DNA of 64,000 nucleotides from Podarcis melisellensis (taxonomy: Eukaryota): the NCBI GenBank assembly GCA_964234715.1, contig OZ174284.1; one strand, 5' to 3'. A program made the position numbers and the translations under genes. The notes under the pieces are model-generated. The model did no database searches. It worked only from the letters and a program-made list of their open reading frames with translations, and was not told the origin of the DNA. Shown here piece by piece: positions 1-11,971 of the stretch; the first letter of the stretch is position 1, and every line of letters begins with the position of its first letter.

Positions 1-287
1 CAGGAGCAAGCTGGCAGTAAATTACACAGAGTGAGTTGGACTTAACTCTTTCTTAGCTTAGAAGTTTCTGAGCCTGAAGGTCCCCACTCCCTCACAGCTA
101 CCTAAGTCCCCTCCTCTCCAGAGTTTTCCCCAAGCATTCTGAGACTATGCCTACATGAAGCTTCTCCTCCACCCTCTTCACACCTCTCCTGGTTCTGGGA
201 GACCAGGTGGGAGGGGAGCTTGTTGTAGCAGGAGGGGAAGACCCCCATGTTTCTTCACCAGCCTCTGCGTCCAACCAGTCCATAACA
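1..287 (-). mobile_element. LTR-like remnant, cut by the window edge
   Basis: Minus strand starts TGTTATGGACTGG, a typical LTR 5' terminus. The other end is not visible. Confidence 0.35.
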
Positions 288-900
288 CAAGCCAGGATCC
301 AAAGGTGCCCGTGGACATAAACAAGTCTTTCTACGTACGCAAATATGACTTCTCTGGTTTCAAACAGCAAATTATTGCAGCGGAGGCCACTCCCATAGAT
401 TTCAGGAGTGGCTTTTTGGGTGTCACTGGAGTGGGTGAGACTACAGCCAGAAGTTCCTGCTGCAGACCAGGACCCAGATTTTTCAGTCTTTTTGATTTAA
501 AAAAAACAACAAAAAGAAAATACTCTCTTGCCCTTCTTACATCTTTAGATATAAGAAGGAAAAATGCAGGCAACAGTCTATTGAAATGTAAAGCAGGATG
601 TGCAAAAAGCCTGGGATGGCTGCCAATTTCACTTGGCTCTCCTCTTCTACTTTATTAAAATTACCTTTGTTTTAGTTTCTGATATTTTGCATTGACAACA
701 GCCCCACAGAGTATTCTCAGGCTCCCCACAACACAAAATGTGGGCTTGGTGGGCAGGCTGTTCTTACCGCAAAAACTCTGTGAACCCTGTGACTTAATGA
801 GTCATTTTTGAATGTTGTTTCAAAGGATTACATCTTGACTTTCTTTGGCTAGAGAATTCAAGGCTGATGGCTGGGGTTTATCAACAGCTAGCAAGGCCTC

Positions 901-1254
901 GGGATGTGGGTGGCGCTGTGGGTTAAACCACAGAGCCTAGGACTTGCCGATCAGAAGGTCGGCGGTTTGAATCCCCGCGATGGGGTGAGCTCCCATTGCT
1001 CGGTCCATGCTCCTGCCAACCTAGCAGTTCAAAAGCACGTCAAAAGTGTGAGTAGATAAATAGGTATCGCTCTGGCAGGAAGGTAAACGGCATTTCCGTG
1101 CGCTGCTCTGGTTCGCCAGAAGCAGCTTAGTCATGCTGGCCACATGACCTGGAAGTTGTACACTGGCTCCCTCGGCCAATAAAGCGAGATGAGCGCCGCA
1201 ACCCCAGAGTCGGCCACGACTGGACCTAATGGTCAGGGGTACCTTTACCTTTAC
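901..1254 (+). mobile_element. Sauria (POM-type) SINE, full length
   Basis: tRNA-like head (TGGCGCTGTGG...GGTTTGAATCCC), (ACCTTT)n tail, 13-bp TSD ctagcaaggcctc at 888-900 and 1255-1267. Confidence 0.93.
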
Positions 1255-1489
1255 CTAGCAAGGCCTCAGCTGGCTTTCATCTTGACTCCTCTTAAAGTGC
1301 TAGGTCACCAGATCTAGCCACCCTTTCGATTTTCCAAAGTGCCCCCAACCTGGCATAGCTTTGTGGTCTGGGACACTGCACAGAACTGAAAGTGTGGCTG
1401 ATTGCTGCGCTGGAAAATCAGCGAGATTAACAACGTGTCCCAAAAGGAAGAACACTGGGAAATATTATCATTATCATTATTATTATCCC

Positions 1490-1790
1490 ACAAGGCAAGA
1501 CACAGTGATAACAGCAAGAACCTTTATTGAACTAACAGAACTTGACAACAGGGGCAAAGCAACTGCTTATATACATTTCTGAAGGCCTGGGACACTCCCA
1601 CTCCCAGCGTGATTGGCTGTCTAAACTTCCAAGCTGCGAATCATGACTCAGAGTTTAAGGGCCAATGCCAGAGGCCCAAATCCTGGAATGTTCTGTGATT
1701 GGATATCACATATCAAATCAGAACACAGGGGCTCAGAACCCTTAGTCCAGACTCAAGCTCAGGCAATCGCAGATCACTGAATACATAACA
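1490..1790 (-). mobile_element. LTR-like remnant
   Basis: Minus strand starts TGTTATGTA, then CCAAT boxes, TATATAA (~1570) and AATAAA (~1525) in U3-R order. No TSD found. Confidence 0.45.
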
Positions 1791-1982
1791 CCATCCTTCC
1801 TCCTATTGAAGCCTAGGGTGACAAACACAAAAGCCATTGTGGATTTATGGACTTTGGGGTCTTGTGTGCAGCCCTTTTTTTTGGGTGGGGTGTGCTATTC
1901 ACTTACCTAAATAAATGTGGTTATGATGCTAAATGTATCAGAATAAGTTACTTAATAATATGGGCTATCTTCTATTATATTA

Positions 1983-2413
1983 CAGTGGTACCTCGGGTTA
2001 AGAACTTAATTCATTCCGGAGGTCTGTTCTTAACCTGAAACTGTTCTTAACCTGAAGCACCACTTTAGCTAATGGGGCCTCCTGCTGCCGCCGCGCCGCC
2101 GGAGCATGATTTCTGTTCTCATCCTGAAGCAAAGTTCTTAAACCGAGGTAAGAACTCCGATCTGGTGAAACACTCTGTCACAAGAGACTAGGGCCCTGCG
2201 AGACTTGACATCTTTCCGCAGGGCCTGCAAGACAGAGCTGTTCCACCAGGCCTTTGGCCAGGGCACAGCCTGACTCCCTCCTTCGGCAATCTTCGCGGAG
2301 CTCTGGCCCAATGGTTGCCATTGGTTTGAATTGCATTAATTTTATAATGAATGATTTTAGAGTGTTGTCTTGTACTGTTGTACTGTTTTATTGTTGTTAG
2401 CCGCCCTGAGCCC

Positions 2414-2458
<45 letters not shown>

Positions 2459-2528
2459 TTATGGGTTAGCAGAGTCTGTAACCTGAAGTGTCTGTAACCT
2501 GAAGCGTATGTAACCCAAGGTACCACTG
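1983..2528 (+). mobile_element. Tc1/pogo-type MITE (~240-bp family) interrupted by an L2 3' end
   Basis: TIR CAGTGGTACCTCGGGTTA / TAACCCAAGGTACCACTG with TA on both sides. Body matches six other copies in the window. Confidence 0.9.
2151..2454 (+). mobile_element. L2-clade LINE 3' end inserted in the MITE
   Basis: Encodes NTLSQETRALRDLTSFRRACKTELFHQAFG (L2 ORF2 C-terminal pattern), then a gttagccgccctgag tail and (ATT)n. Confidence 0.8.
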
Positions 2529-2865
2529 TACTAAAGAGTACTTTAACATTATAGAAAGCATAGCTGTCAACTTTTCCCTTTTTAAAAAGGGAAATTCCCT
2601 TATTCCGAATAGGATTCCTTGCAAGAAAAGGGAAAAGTTGACAGCTATGATAGAATGAAAGCCACTCTCTTCATTCAAAAGTGAATTTTATTTGAAGGAA
2701 TGAAATGCAAAACTGAAGATTTTTTGTAAAGTCTTCTCAGAAGCTAAATGCTCATGAGATACAGAACGAAAGTAACGTTCGACTGTTTTAAGGGTGCAGG
2801 TAATAGTCTTGGCAAAGCCTAAGGGCTTTTAAACTGAGACATGATTCAGAGTTATGAGCCTGTAG

Positions 2866-3136
2866 ACCACAGAGCCTAGGACTTTGAATCCCCACGACAG
2901 GGTGAGCTCCTGTTGCTTGGTCCCTGCTCCTGCCAACCTAGCAGTTCGAAAGCACATCAAAGTGCAAGTAGATAAATAGGTACTGCTCCAGTGGGAAGGT
3001 AAATGGCATTTCCGTGTGCTGCTCTGGTTCGCCAGGAGAGGCTTAGTCATGCTGGCCACATGACCCGGAAGCTGTACGCCGGCTCCCTCGGTCACCACTG
3101 GACCTAATGGTCAGGGGTCCCTTTACCTTTACCTTT
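2866..3136 (+). mobile_element. Sauria SINE, 5'-truncated with internal deletions
   Basis: Matches the 901-1254 copy; (ACCTTT)n tail. Confidence 0.88.
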
Positions 3137-3806
3137 CGCTTAATGCTTTCGGAACAACAGATAAAAAGCCTGCTCCATTTTCTGCAGGGCAGCCTTTCAG
3201 CAGCTGCCTTGTACCACGTCACGTTCTCCCCTCACGCAGTGCAGTGGTGTCTCTCAAGAGTTCCAGGAAGGTGGTCTTCCACATCACCTATCGAAAGGCC
3301 CAGCTAGATTGGATGTCAAATGCATCTTTGCTTTTAACCTGCAAGTTTTCAAAAATGCAATAAGCACCAGTTCCCACCCATCCTCTGAAAATAATTATAG
3401 GAAGCAGAGCAAGAATGCAGGTGGAGGCAGGGCGTGGAGTTAGCTCTTAATGTATCTTTTTTGTGGGGGGAAATATCCCATTGGCCCCAGTAGGGGATTT
3501 CTCTGCAATGCAAATTGAGTTAAATTCCCACTCCATGCCTGCCATGATCCTGATCATTATTGCCCCCACCTCCAGTTGATACTATTTGCATTTTTTTTAA
3601 AAAAAAAACCTGCATTTTAAACACAATGATGCGTTTGGTGTCAAACTTGGTTGGCCTTATGATCCTTTTAAACTGAAGAGATTAATGCCGGGGATTGATC
3701 TTGGAACCTTTTTTCATGAGAAGTATGTATTCTCCCGCTGAGCTATTAGGGCATGTTAAGAAGCAAAGGCTATAGTTTCTTGGCCTGCAGAAAGAAGAGC
3801 CTACAG

Positions 3807-4614
3807 CATGGGTAGGCAAACTAAGGCCCGGGGGCCGGATCCGGCCCAATCGCCTTCTAAATCTGGCCCCTGGATGGTCCGGGAATCAGCATGTTTTTAC
3901 ATGAGTAGAATGTGTCTTTTTATTTAAAATGCATCTCTGGGTTATTTGTGGGGCCTGCCTGGTGTTTTTACATGAGCAGAATGTGTGCTTTTATTTAAGG
4001 CACTTCCAAACTGGAGAGGAGGTGGGGTTGCGGGCTTCACGTCCACCCTACATGCGCGGGGGCTAGCCTGCAGCCTCCGTGCGACTGAGGGAACTCCCGG
4101 CTGTGTCACCGCCTGGCCAGCCAATTGGCTGGTTGGCTGGGTGTGGCTAGCGCTATTTAGCGCTGGAGTGCCCGGGGGATCTCCCTCTTTGGCCGCTTCT
4201 ACGCTCCAGTTTCCCACCCTCCCTCCCTTTTAGGTTGTCCATCTGACCTTGCTATGGACCTCGGTTGGTCGCCATTGAGGGGCCTGGTAGGAATTTTTCT
4301 ATGTGGCAAATTGGTACCAGCCACAAGTTGTGGCCATTTTTAGCTCATTAACCTTAAATACTGGTGTCATATGTCTTTATTTCCTCTGGGGGAGGCGGGA
4401 ACTTGCCATGCAAAAATGCATCTCTGGGTTATTTGTGGGGGCTGCCTGGTGTTTTTACATGAGCAGAATGTGTGCTTTTCTTTAAAATGCATCTCAGGGT
4501 TATTTGTGGGGCACAGGAATTAGTTCAATATTTTTTTCAAAATATAGTCCGGCCTCCCACAAGGTTTGAGGGACAGTGGACTGCCTCCCTGCTGGAAAAG
4601 TTTGCTGACCCCTG
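3807..4614. mobile_element. Non-autonomous hAT (Charlie/OC1-like) transposon with internal ~75-bp repeats and a secondary insertion
   Basis: TIRs CATGGGTAGGCAAACT / AGTTTGCTGACCCCTG; perfect 8-bp TSD gcctacag at 3799-3806 and 4615-4622. Confidence 0.85.
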
Positions 4615-4987
4615 GCCTACAGGATAGAGGAGAAGGAAGATTGGGACTAACACAGACCCATGTGCATCTCTTCTGAAGTTACAAAGGAGGGACACTTTAG
4701 CCACGACCTTACCTGGCCTCCACAAAGTAAGAGCAGAAGAACTTCCTGCTGGAGCAGGCCAGTGGCTCATCTAATCCAGCATCTTGTTCTCACATTGGCC
4801 AATCAGATGCCTGTGGAGAACCTGTAAGCAGGATTTGAACACAAGAGCTCTCTCTCCTCCGGTTGTTTCCACCAAGAAGCACTGCTGCCTTCAGGCAGAG
4901 CATAGTCCACATGGCTAGTAGACATCAATAGCCCTCTCCTCCATGAATTTGTCTAACCCTCTTTCAAAGAAATCTAGGTTGGTGGTC

Positions 4988-5337
4988 GGGACGCAGGTGG
5001 CGTTGTGGGTTAAACCACAGAGCCTAGGACTTGCCGATCAGAAGGTCGGCGGATTGAATCCCCGCAAAGGGGTGAGCTCCTGTTGCTCGGTCCCTGCTCC
5101 TGCCAACCTAGCAGTTCAAAAGCACGTCAAAGTGCAAGTAGATAAATAGGTACCGCTCCAGCGGGAAGGTAAACGGCATTTTCGTGCACTGCTCTGGTTT
5201 CGCCAGAAGAGGCTTAGTCATGCTGGCCACATGACCCGGAAGCTGTACGCTGGCTCCCTCAGCCAATAAAGCGAAATGAGCGCCGCAACCCGAGTCAGTC
5301 ATGACTGGACCTAATGGTCAGGGGTCCCTTTACTTTA
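4988..5337 (+). mobile_element. Sauria SINE, full length, inserted in a CR1-like fragment (~4735-5420, minus strand)
   Basis: Matches the 901 copy; direct repeat gttggtggt on both sides. Confidence 0.9.
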
Positions 5338-7332
5338 TGTTGGTGGTAATCATTGTCTCCTTTGGGAGCGAGTTCCATAGTTTTAACTAACAATGTGTTG
5401 CCTGGAGAAGTATTTTATTTCATTCGTCCCAACATTCAGCTTCGTTGGATAGCCGCGAGTTCGAGTGTCCCCTTCCTCTGTTTGCTCAGTGTCTGACAGC
5501 TGGCTCTGGTACAAGAAATGAGAAACAACTTGCAGAGTTGTTGAACTATCAATGGATAATCCAGAAAAGCCTTTAGCTTCAGTCTCTCATCTGTAAAATG
5601 GGAATAACAGCGATGGGCGATCTTGTTAGGGAGCACAAAATAAGAACGGCGAAGTTTGCAAAATCAAATAGAATTGAGTAATTGATTTCCTCTGTCTTGG
5701 AGCATATCCACGACAGAAGGCACTCTTCCTTTGCCCCACTTTAATGAAGCTAGTAATCACGCAATTACTCGTAGGCGTGTGTTAAATATGACACTGGCCA
5801 TGGCACTATCTATATATCTATAACATGGGAAAGCAGCTTCATTTGTAAGTGCCTGCCGCGTCAACCAAACCGCATTGCAATCAAAGTGATCTAAGGGTGA
5901 CTCATTAATTAATTGTTCTTTTTTTTTACTGTGCGCTATTGAATTAATGAGTAATTTGTGCTGGGTAACTCTCTGAACACATTGATTACATGAGATATTT
6001 TCGGGGAAGCTTTCGTCCCAGGGACATGCTGGAGAGAAGGAAGGAGCCGAACATCGTTCCTGTAGCCTCCTTAATGGCAGGTCCAGGAGAACTAAATCAT
6101 CCAAAGGGCATTTAGACTGTATCTGAGCCAGGTGGCTGACAGCTTCAGATGCTTTCCTTCACACCACTCCTCCTATAATACTGCTAACTAGTGATGTTAA
6201 GCTGTTCCCTTGCCCATCGCTCTCTGGCATTATAATTGAGTATGTGCATTTGAGTGGTATTCTTTTTTTGTGTGGGGAGCACAACTGCTTCCTTCTCCTG
6301 CATGGACACCATTTGAAATGGAAAAGAATAGAGATCTTCCTTCAGCCATAGGAGAGTTCTTGAGCAATACCCATTCCATTCAATAGCACTTGCAATGAGT
6401 GCAGAACATAGAACCAGCAAGCCGATGCATTTAAGTTGGGGAGGAGATGCTATTTATTTTACTTAGGCTATGGGGTTTAGGACGGCAAACTGCATTTCCT
6501 TCGTTTGTGGTGCTGGGGCACGATATGTCACAAAGGGCCGTTGAAACTATGCTTTATTTAAACCCCATGTGCAATATTCGTTTATAGGATTTAGGTGGAT
6601 TTTTTGTTTAATCCCTTGAACTGCAAATGGGCAAATTGATAATGTAGTTGGGCGATGGCAGCACAGATGAAGCTTTCAGAACAATCAATTAAATGCATCA
6701 AATTATGCCCAGCAATCACCCCAGATCTTCTGGGAGTGGGGGTGTGGTTTTGGACAAGATTTGTTCTAGGCACAGATGACTGCAAACTGCCCACTGCTGA
6801 GAAAATTACAAGAAACTACTTAGCATTACATTGTGTGCGTGTGTTGGAAGTGGGAATCTTTAAAACCCTCCCTTTGCCTGCAGAGTCCAAAAATGTTAAC
6901 AAGATTGCTCCCCCCCACCCCATCTTTCTCTCTGATGAACACTTTTGTTCACTGGTAGTTAAAACCAACTGCAAACTGTTGTAGGGGAGGCATTTTTTTA
7001 ATTTTAATTTAATTATTATTATTTTTTTAAGAAAGAACATTGGGACATGTGATTTTGAAAGAGTGATGACTCATGATCAGGATAAAACTCCACCAAACAC
7101 AGTGATCCAATCTGGCCATGTTTATGTAATTCAGGTTTCACACGCAGAGGGTCCCGATCCAATCCCTGGCATCCCCAGGTAGGGGAGGGAAAGATGACTG
7201 TCAGAAGCTGCCAAGAACTGCTGCCCGTCCTAGAATCAGAGAATTGGAAGGGATCCAAAGTCCCACCCAGTCCAACTGCCAGCCATGCAGGAACCACAGC
7301 TAACCAACCCCCTATAGACAGTCACTGTAGCC

Positions 7333-8097
7333 CAGTGGTTTTCAACCAGTGTGTCGTGGCACCCTGGGGTGCATTGAATGATAGCCAGGGGTGCTGTGGG
7401 CGACACTGATCTCTGTCCCTCTTTCCCTCCTTCCCTCCTCTGATGTCCTCTCGTGTCTCTGCCTCCAAAGGCTTGCACAGCCTTTTATCACAGCAGGCCT
7501 GGCTACAAGCTCTGCAGGTGAATGATGCCTCTGGGGGGCACCTCTTGGGGGGGGGCAGCTCAGAGACCAGGGACAGCAGCAGCAGCTGCCCAGATGACTC
7601 CCAAGGAGAGGGGAGAGGAGAGGAGGCTGAGGGAACGCTTAGTGACAAGGGAGGGTGTTCGAAAAGGGGTGCAGGAAAGGGGTGACATAACTGGGCTCCT
7701 GAGCACCACAGGAGTGGTGCAGAAAGAAGATAGAAAGCTTCTGCTGTAGCCAATTTAGTTGAGTAAATTTCTATGCAGCTCTGATGAGACAGGCAGCAAC
7801 CAGTAGCATTGACCACCTGTAAGGAGAGAACAAGGGAGATTGTCCTATGGGTTTACAGTGAAAGAGCCAGTGGCAGTGGCAGTGGCAGTGGCAATGGCAA
7901 GGTGTATGTGAAAGGCTGCCATCACTGCTGCTCCTTTGGGAAGCATGTGGAATAAACCTGAATTTTATTATGCTTCCCTTGATGGCAGCAGGAGCTGGGA
8001 AACCCTGCAAGGGGGGAGTGGGGTTGGCGAGCAGGGGTGCAGCTCCTAGTACATATAATACTATGCTGCAGTTTTGGGGGAAGCTTTGGGACCACTG
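7333..8097. mobile_element. Old hAT-like element
   Basis: Ends CAGTGGTTTTCAAC / CTTTGGGACCACTG. TSD is not convincing. Confidence 0.4.
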
Positions 8098-8329
8098 CTT
8101 TATGTGATAAATGCTGACAAACCTGGGAATGAGTTCCAGTTGCCTCTGTAGCAAACAAAAAGCTGAAACAGGGCTAATCCACAATTCCATTTGTCCTGTC
8201 CTGTAGCGGTTTTGCCTTGGCCCTGCTGGCACTCTGCAGAAAACCCTACTGCCATTTGTTCCAAAGACTGGGTTTCCCCAGGGGGAAGTGGTGGGCCAAA
8301 TGGAGGTGTGGCTAAGCCCATAGTCTCTC

Positions 8330-8575
8330 CCAAGCCCAAGTATACCTGAAGGAGCGTCTCCACCCTCATCGTTCTGCCCAGACACTGAGGTCCAGCTCCA
8401 AAGGCCTTCTGGCGGTTCCTTCACTGCGAGTTGTAAGATTACAAGGGACCCAGGCAGAGGGCCTTCTTGGTAGTGGCGCCCTCCCTGTGGAACACCCTCC
8501 CATCAGATGTCAAGGAAATAAACAACTATCTGACTTTTAGAAGACATCTAAAGGCAGCCTTGTTTAGGGAAGTTC
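8330..8575 (+). mobile_element. L2-clade LINE 3' fragment
   Basis: Encodes VVAPSLWNTLPSDVKEINNYLTFRRHLKAALFREV. Same family at 25910-26225 and 48556-48796. Confidence 0.85.
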
Positions 8576-8795
8576 ATACAAGGGTACAAGTAATAAATTA
8601 TTATTGTATATTATTATTATTATTATTATTATCCATTATATATTATCCATTATTATCCATTAATTCAATTAAGCTTCCATGGCCAATAGCCGTTTTTAGA
8701 TTTTTATTCCTATTGAGACTTGTGCTCTTGCACATCTGTGTATGAATATCTTTGCTGGTGTGTGCTTTTAAGAAAGGAAATAGGATCATATTGAT

Positions 8796-8931
8796 CAGAC
8801 TTCCTCAACCTCAGCCCTCCAGATGTTTTGAGACTATAATTTCCATCATCCCTGACCACTGGTCCTGCTAGCTAGGGATCATGGGAGTTGTAGGCCAAAA
8901 ACAACTGGAGGTCCGAGGTTGAGGAAGCCTG
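8796..8931. mobile_element. 136-bp hairpin hAT MITE
   Basis: Long inverted arms; 8-bp TSD atattgat / atcttgat (one mismatch); same body as 34014-34149. Confidence 0.85.
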
Positions 8932-10639
8932 ATCTTGATCATATCCCATAGCTTTGACTCTTTTCTAGTATGGCTGCATCCTATTCTGGATGCTTCCTAA
9001 CCTCACAGCTGTGCTAAACATGCCATGTAGGCAGATGACAGGATAATGTAGCTGGTCACCCTCACTTCACAGCTGTAGCTCCACAGCAAACTGCCTTTGG
9101 GGTCAGTATCTGACATGCCATGGTGGAAACAGACAGGAACACCCCCTGCATGATGCGTTGAAGAGCCACCATCAACCAAAAGCAGTCAGCGATGCCCCAA
9201 AGGAAAAGCAGTCAGTTCTGCCCCAAAGGAACCAATGGTACTACTTGGCACAATCGCCTTCCTGTAGAAAAAGTGTAGAGCAGGGTTTGTTTTGCCCTCG
9301 CCCAGCCTGGAGGCTGCAATACCTTGAGGGCAACCTTGAAGGAGCTGGATGCCAGTGGTGGGCCGGGTAGAGGTAAGTAAGTAAGTGCAGGTGCCACTCT
9401 TAACAGGTGCCACAGCAGGGTCCATTCGTGCTGTGCAGAAGCCACCTAATACACACACATCTCCATTTGGGCAAGTTGGAGGCATTATTGCCATTTAAGG
9501 GCACATTCCAGCCAGGAGAAAGGATGGGAAGCAGACCCGGTGAAGCATATGGGCCTGAGGACTGGACAGAGGCCAGGAGAACTGCACTGGTCCCTTGGAC
9601 CTGATGTTCCTCACCTCTGCTGTCTAAAAACTGTCTAAAAAGGGTTGCATGATTTAATCAGGTAGAGATATCAAACATAGGAGCGGATTCTGGTTGGATG
9701 ACACCATAGAGCTGCAAAGGTTGATGCTAAAATAACACCCCCAACATCCCATGCTATTTGGGGAGAGCATTTTGCTGCGTGCTTTCGGGGAAGCAGTGAA
9801 ATATTCCCAAGGGTTTCTCCTGAGAAACTGATGCTCACTTAATGAGGAATGAAACTTACGTTAGCCAATAGAGATTAAAATTGGATCCACAGCTGTACCC
9901 CAAACTCATAGATGGTAGGGCTGGAAAGATAATTTCACTGATAATTTTTTTTCTAATGGAGGACTGAAATTCTCTAACAGCTTAGGAGAACTTTTTGAAA
10001 AGTACTCAAAATTGTTTTCTGAGAAATGTTAGGTTACGTGAAGTGATGGCTGCTGTCTTCTTTGCAAACCAGTGGCAAATGCGGTAACTGGGGAACTGGT
10101 AGTTGGCCCAAAAAAAGTGGTGGTGTTGAGTCGGTAGATGAGAAGCACCAGCTTGAGATTTTGCCATCCAATCCTTAGAGTTTATTTATTTTTAGACTGC
10201 CCCACCCCAAACAACTTGGAATGGACAACAATAAATTAAGAAACAAAGAATACAATATCCAGTCGAATTTCGATTAAACGCATCTACAAAAGTCAACAGA
10301 TGTGATAGCCTCAGCGCTCTGAGTGGACGTTCTTCATTTCCATCTCCCCTTCCCCCACCGAAAAACAGCAGCTCATATCGAAAATGCCTGACATTGCTTC
10401 TGAAAGGTTATGCAGGTTTTGGCGAGTCTCCAGCATGACAGCACTTCCTTAGCTGTGGGGCAGCCCCTAGGAATGCCCCTCTGCAAGGCCCAGATGTCTT
10501 GAGTTATTAGTCAGAAGGTGACCTCAAGAGGGCACTCTTGGTCAACGTTATGGGCTGTGATGGTCATATGGAGGGAGACAGTCTCTTAGGTATGCTCTAC
10601 CCAAACCGGATAGATGTTTAGGCAGGACACTGATTTTTC

Positions 10640-11758
10640 TTTTCTTAAATAACGTTTCTGTACAGGAGCAGAAATCACTATGCTACATTAAAATAACTTC
10701 AGAAATATATATATACATATAAAATTTTTACATGACACCCAAAGGCACTGGTTTGCATTGGGGCTCAGCTCCTCATTCCCAGTTATATTGGAAACAAGCA
10801 ATTACATATATATATATATATCGGAGGGGGGAAGTATACAGAACACAGTAGCCCCCGCCCCAAATAATTAAACGCCCACTCCCTAAGGTTGAGAAGTACT
10901 GCCAACAAAGTTGCGGGGGGAAACCCCCGCTGAAATTCTGTAGCAAACAGAAAGGACTTTTTGAACTGTATGGAATAAAATAGCTAACATCGTTCAATAT
11001 AATAATAGTAATGATAAGAAAAGCTTGCATGAGATCTAATGAAAGACTGAGAACCTCGGAAGCTTCAGCGTGGTGGCTAGAATTATAAACCAGTCTGAAA
11101 TTAAGCACCTCCAAATCCCATCGGTTTCAATGGGAGAGTTTAGCATGCACTTAAATAGACCCAATTCAAGTCAATGGAACTGTGCACTTAACTTTGGCCA
11201 GTTTTACCCATCAGTTTTAATTCAATAGATCAAGCATTTGTGAAGCTCTTAAAACGGAGAAGAATGCATGGGATTGGCTCTCTCTCTTTCTCTCTCTCTC
11301 TCTTTTTTTTGCTTTTGTTTTGTTTTTACTAGAAAGATACAGCTCTTTCAAAATAGCTGGTAGATACAGAAAGCATAAATATACAATAAAGTTTAAACAC
11401 CGATTGTACTAAATGCAACAATACAAAGAAGCAAATGGTAACACAATAAAACTGTATTACATTTGTGCTTTGAATATTACAGTACATTATATACATTGGT
11501 CCAAAATAAGCATCTCATGCCAAATGACGCAAAAGGAAAAATAAAGTAAAATAAGATAACCAAAGCAGCAAGCAAAAGAGAAAAAGGAAAGGGGAAAAAA
11601 CTCCAGCAAGTATTTACATTATCTTTTAATAAACATTCAACTGTGAACTGGTGCAATTTCCACTACATATATTTGAAGTCCGCCTTTTATTCCACACGAC
11701 CATCCTGTCTCCCTATTTCTACGCTATTCAGTAGGTTCTGCCGTTGTTTTTCTTTTTA

Positions 11759-11791
<33 letters not shown>

Positions 11792-11865
11792 CACGTTGAA
11801 CAAAAGCAAAGAAAAGAAAGGGTAAGAACATAGTGCTTCAATATTCTCCGCGACGAGGCATCGGA
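10640..11865 (-). promoter_or_regulatory. LMO3: LMO3 3' UTR (distal end uncertain) with Pumilio elements, miRNA seed matches and poly(A) signal candidates
   Basis: Transposon-free AU-rich sequence after the stop. Minus-strand AATAAA at 11691-11686 and ATTAAA at 11630-11625. TGTAHATA at 11793-11786, 11618-11611, 11495-11488 and 10717-10710. Confidence 0.7.
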
Positions 11866-11971
11866 TCAGCGAACTTGGGGCGCGTAACCTTCTTTCATTA
11901 AACCCTCCTCATAGTCTGTCTGGCACAGTATCATGTTGTTCTTTAGGAAAAATTTGTCTCCCACGCAAAAT
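11866..11971 (-). CDS. LMO3: LIM domain only protein 3, last coding exon
   Basis: After acceptor tatttccag it reads (R)FCVGDKFFLKNNMILCQTDYEEGLMKEGYAPQVR*, with TGA at 11868-11866. Phase joins the upstream exon (AG+A = Arg). The C-terminus matches LMO3, not LMO1. Too short to appear in the ORF track. Confidence 0.97.

Noticed and set aside
155-658. 167-aa ORF
   Set aside because: It overlaps an LTR-like remnant and shows no homology I can recognise.
3890-4512. CRISPR-like array
   Set aside because: Tandem units inside a eukaryotic hAT element, with no unique spacers and no cas genes.
7322-8424. 164-aa and 217-aa ORFs
   Set aside because: They lie over simple repeats, antisense L2 and an old hAT-like element, with no protein-like signal.
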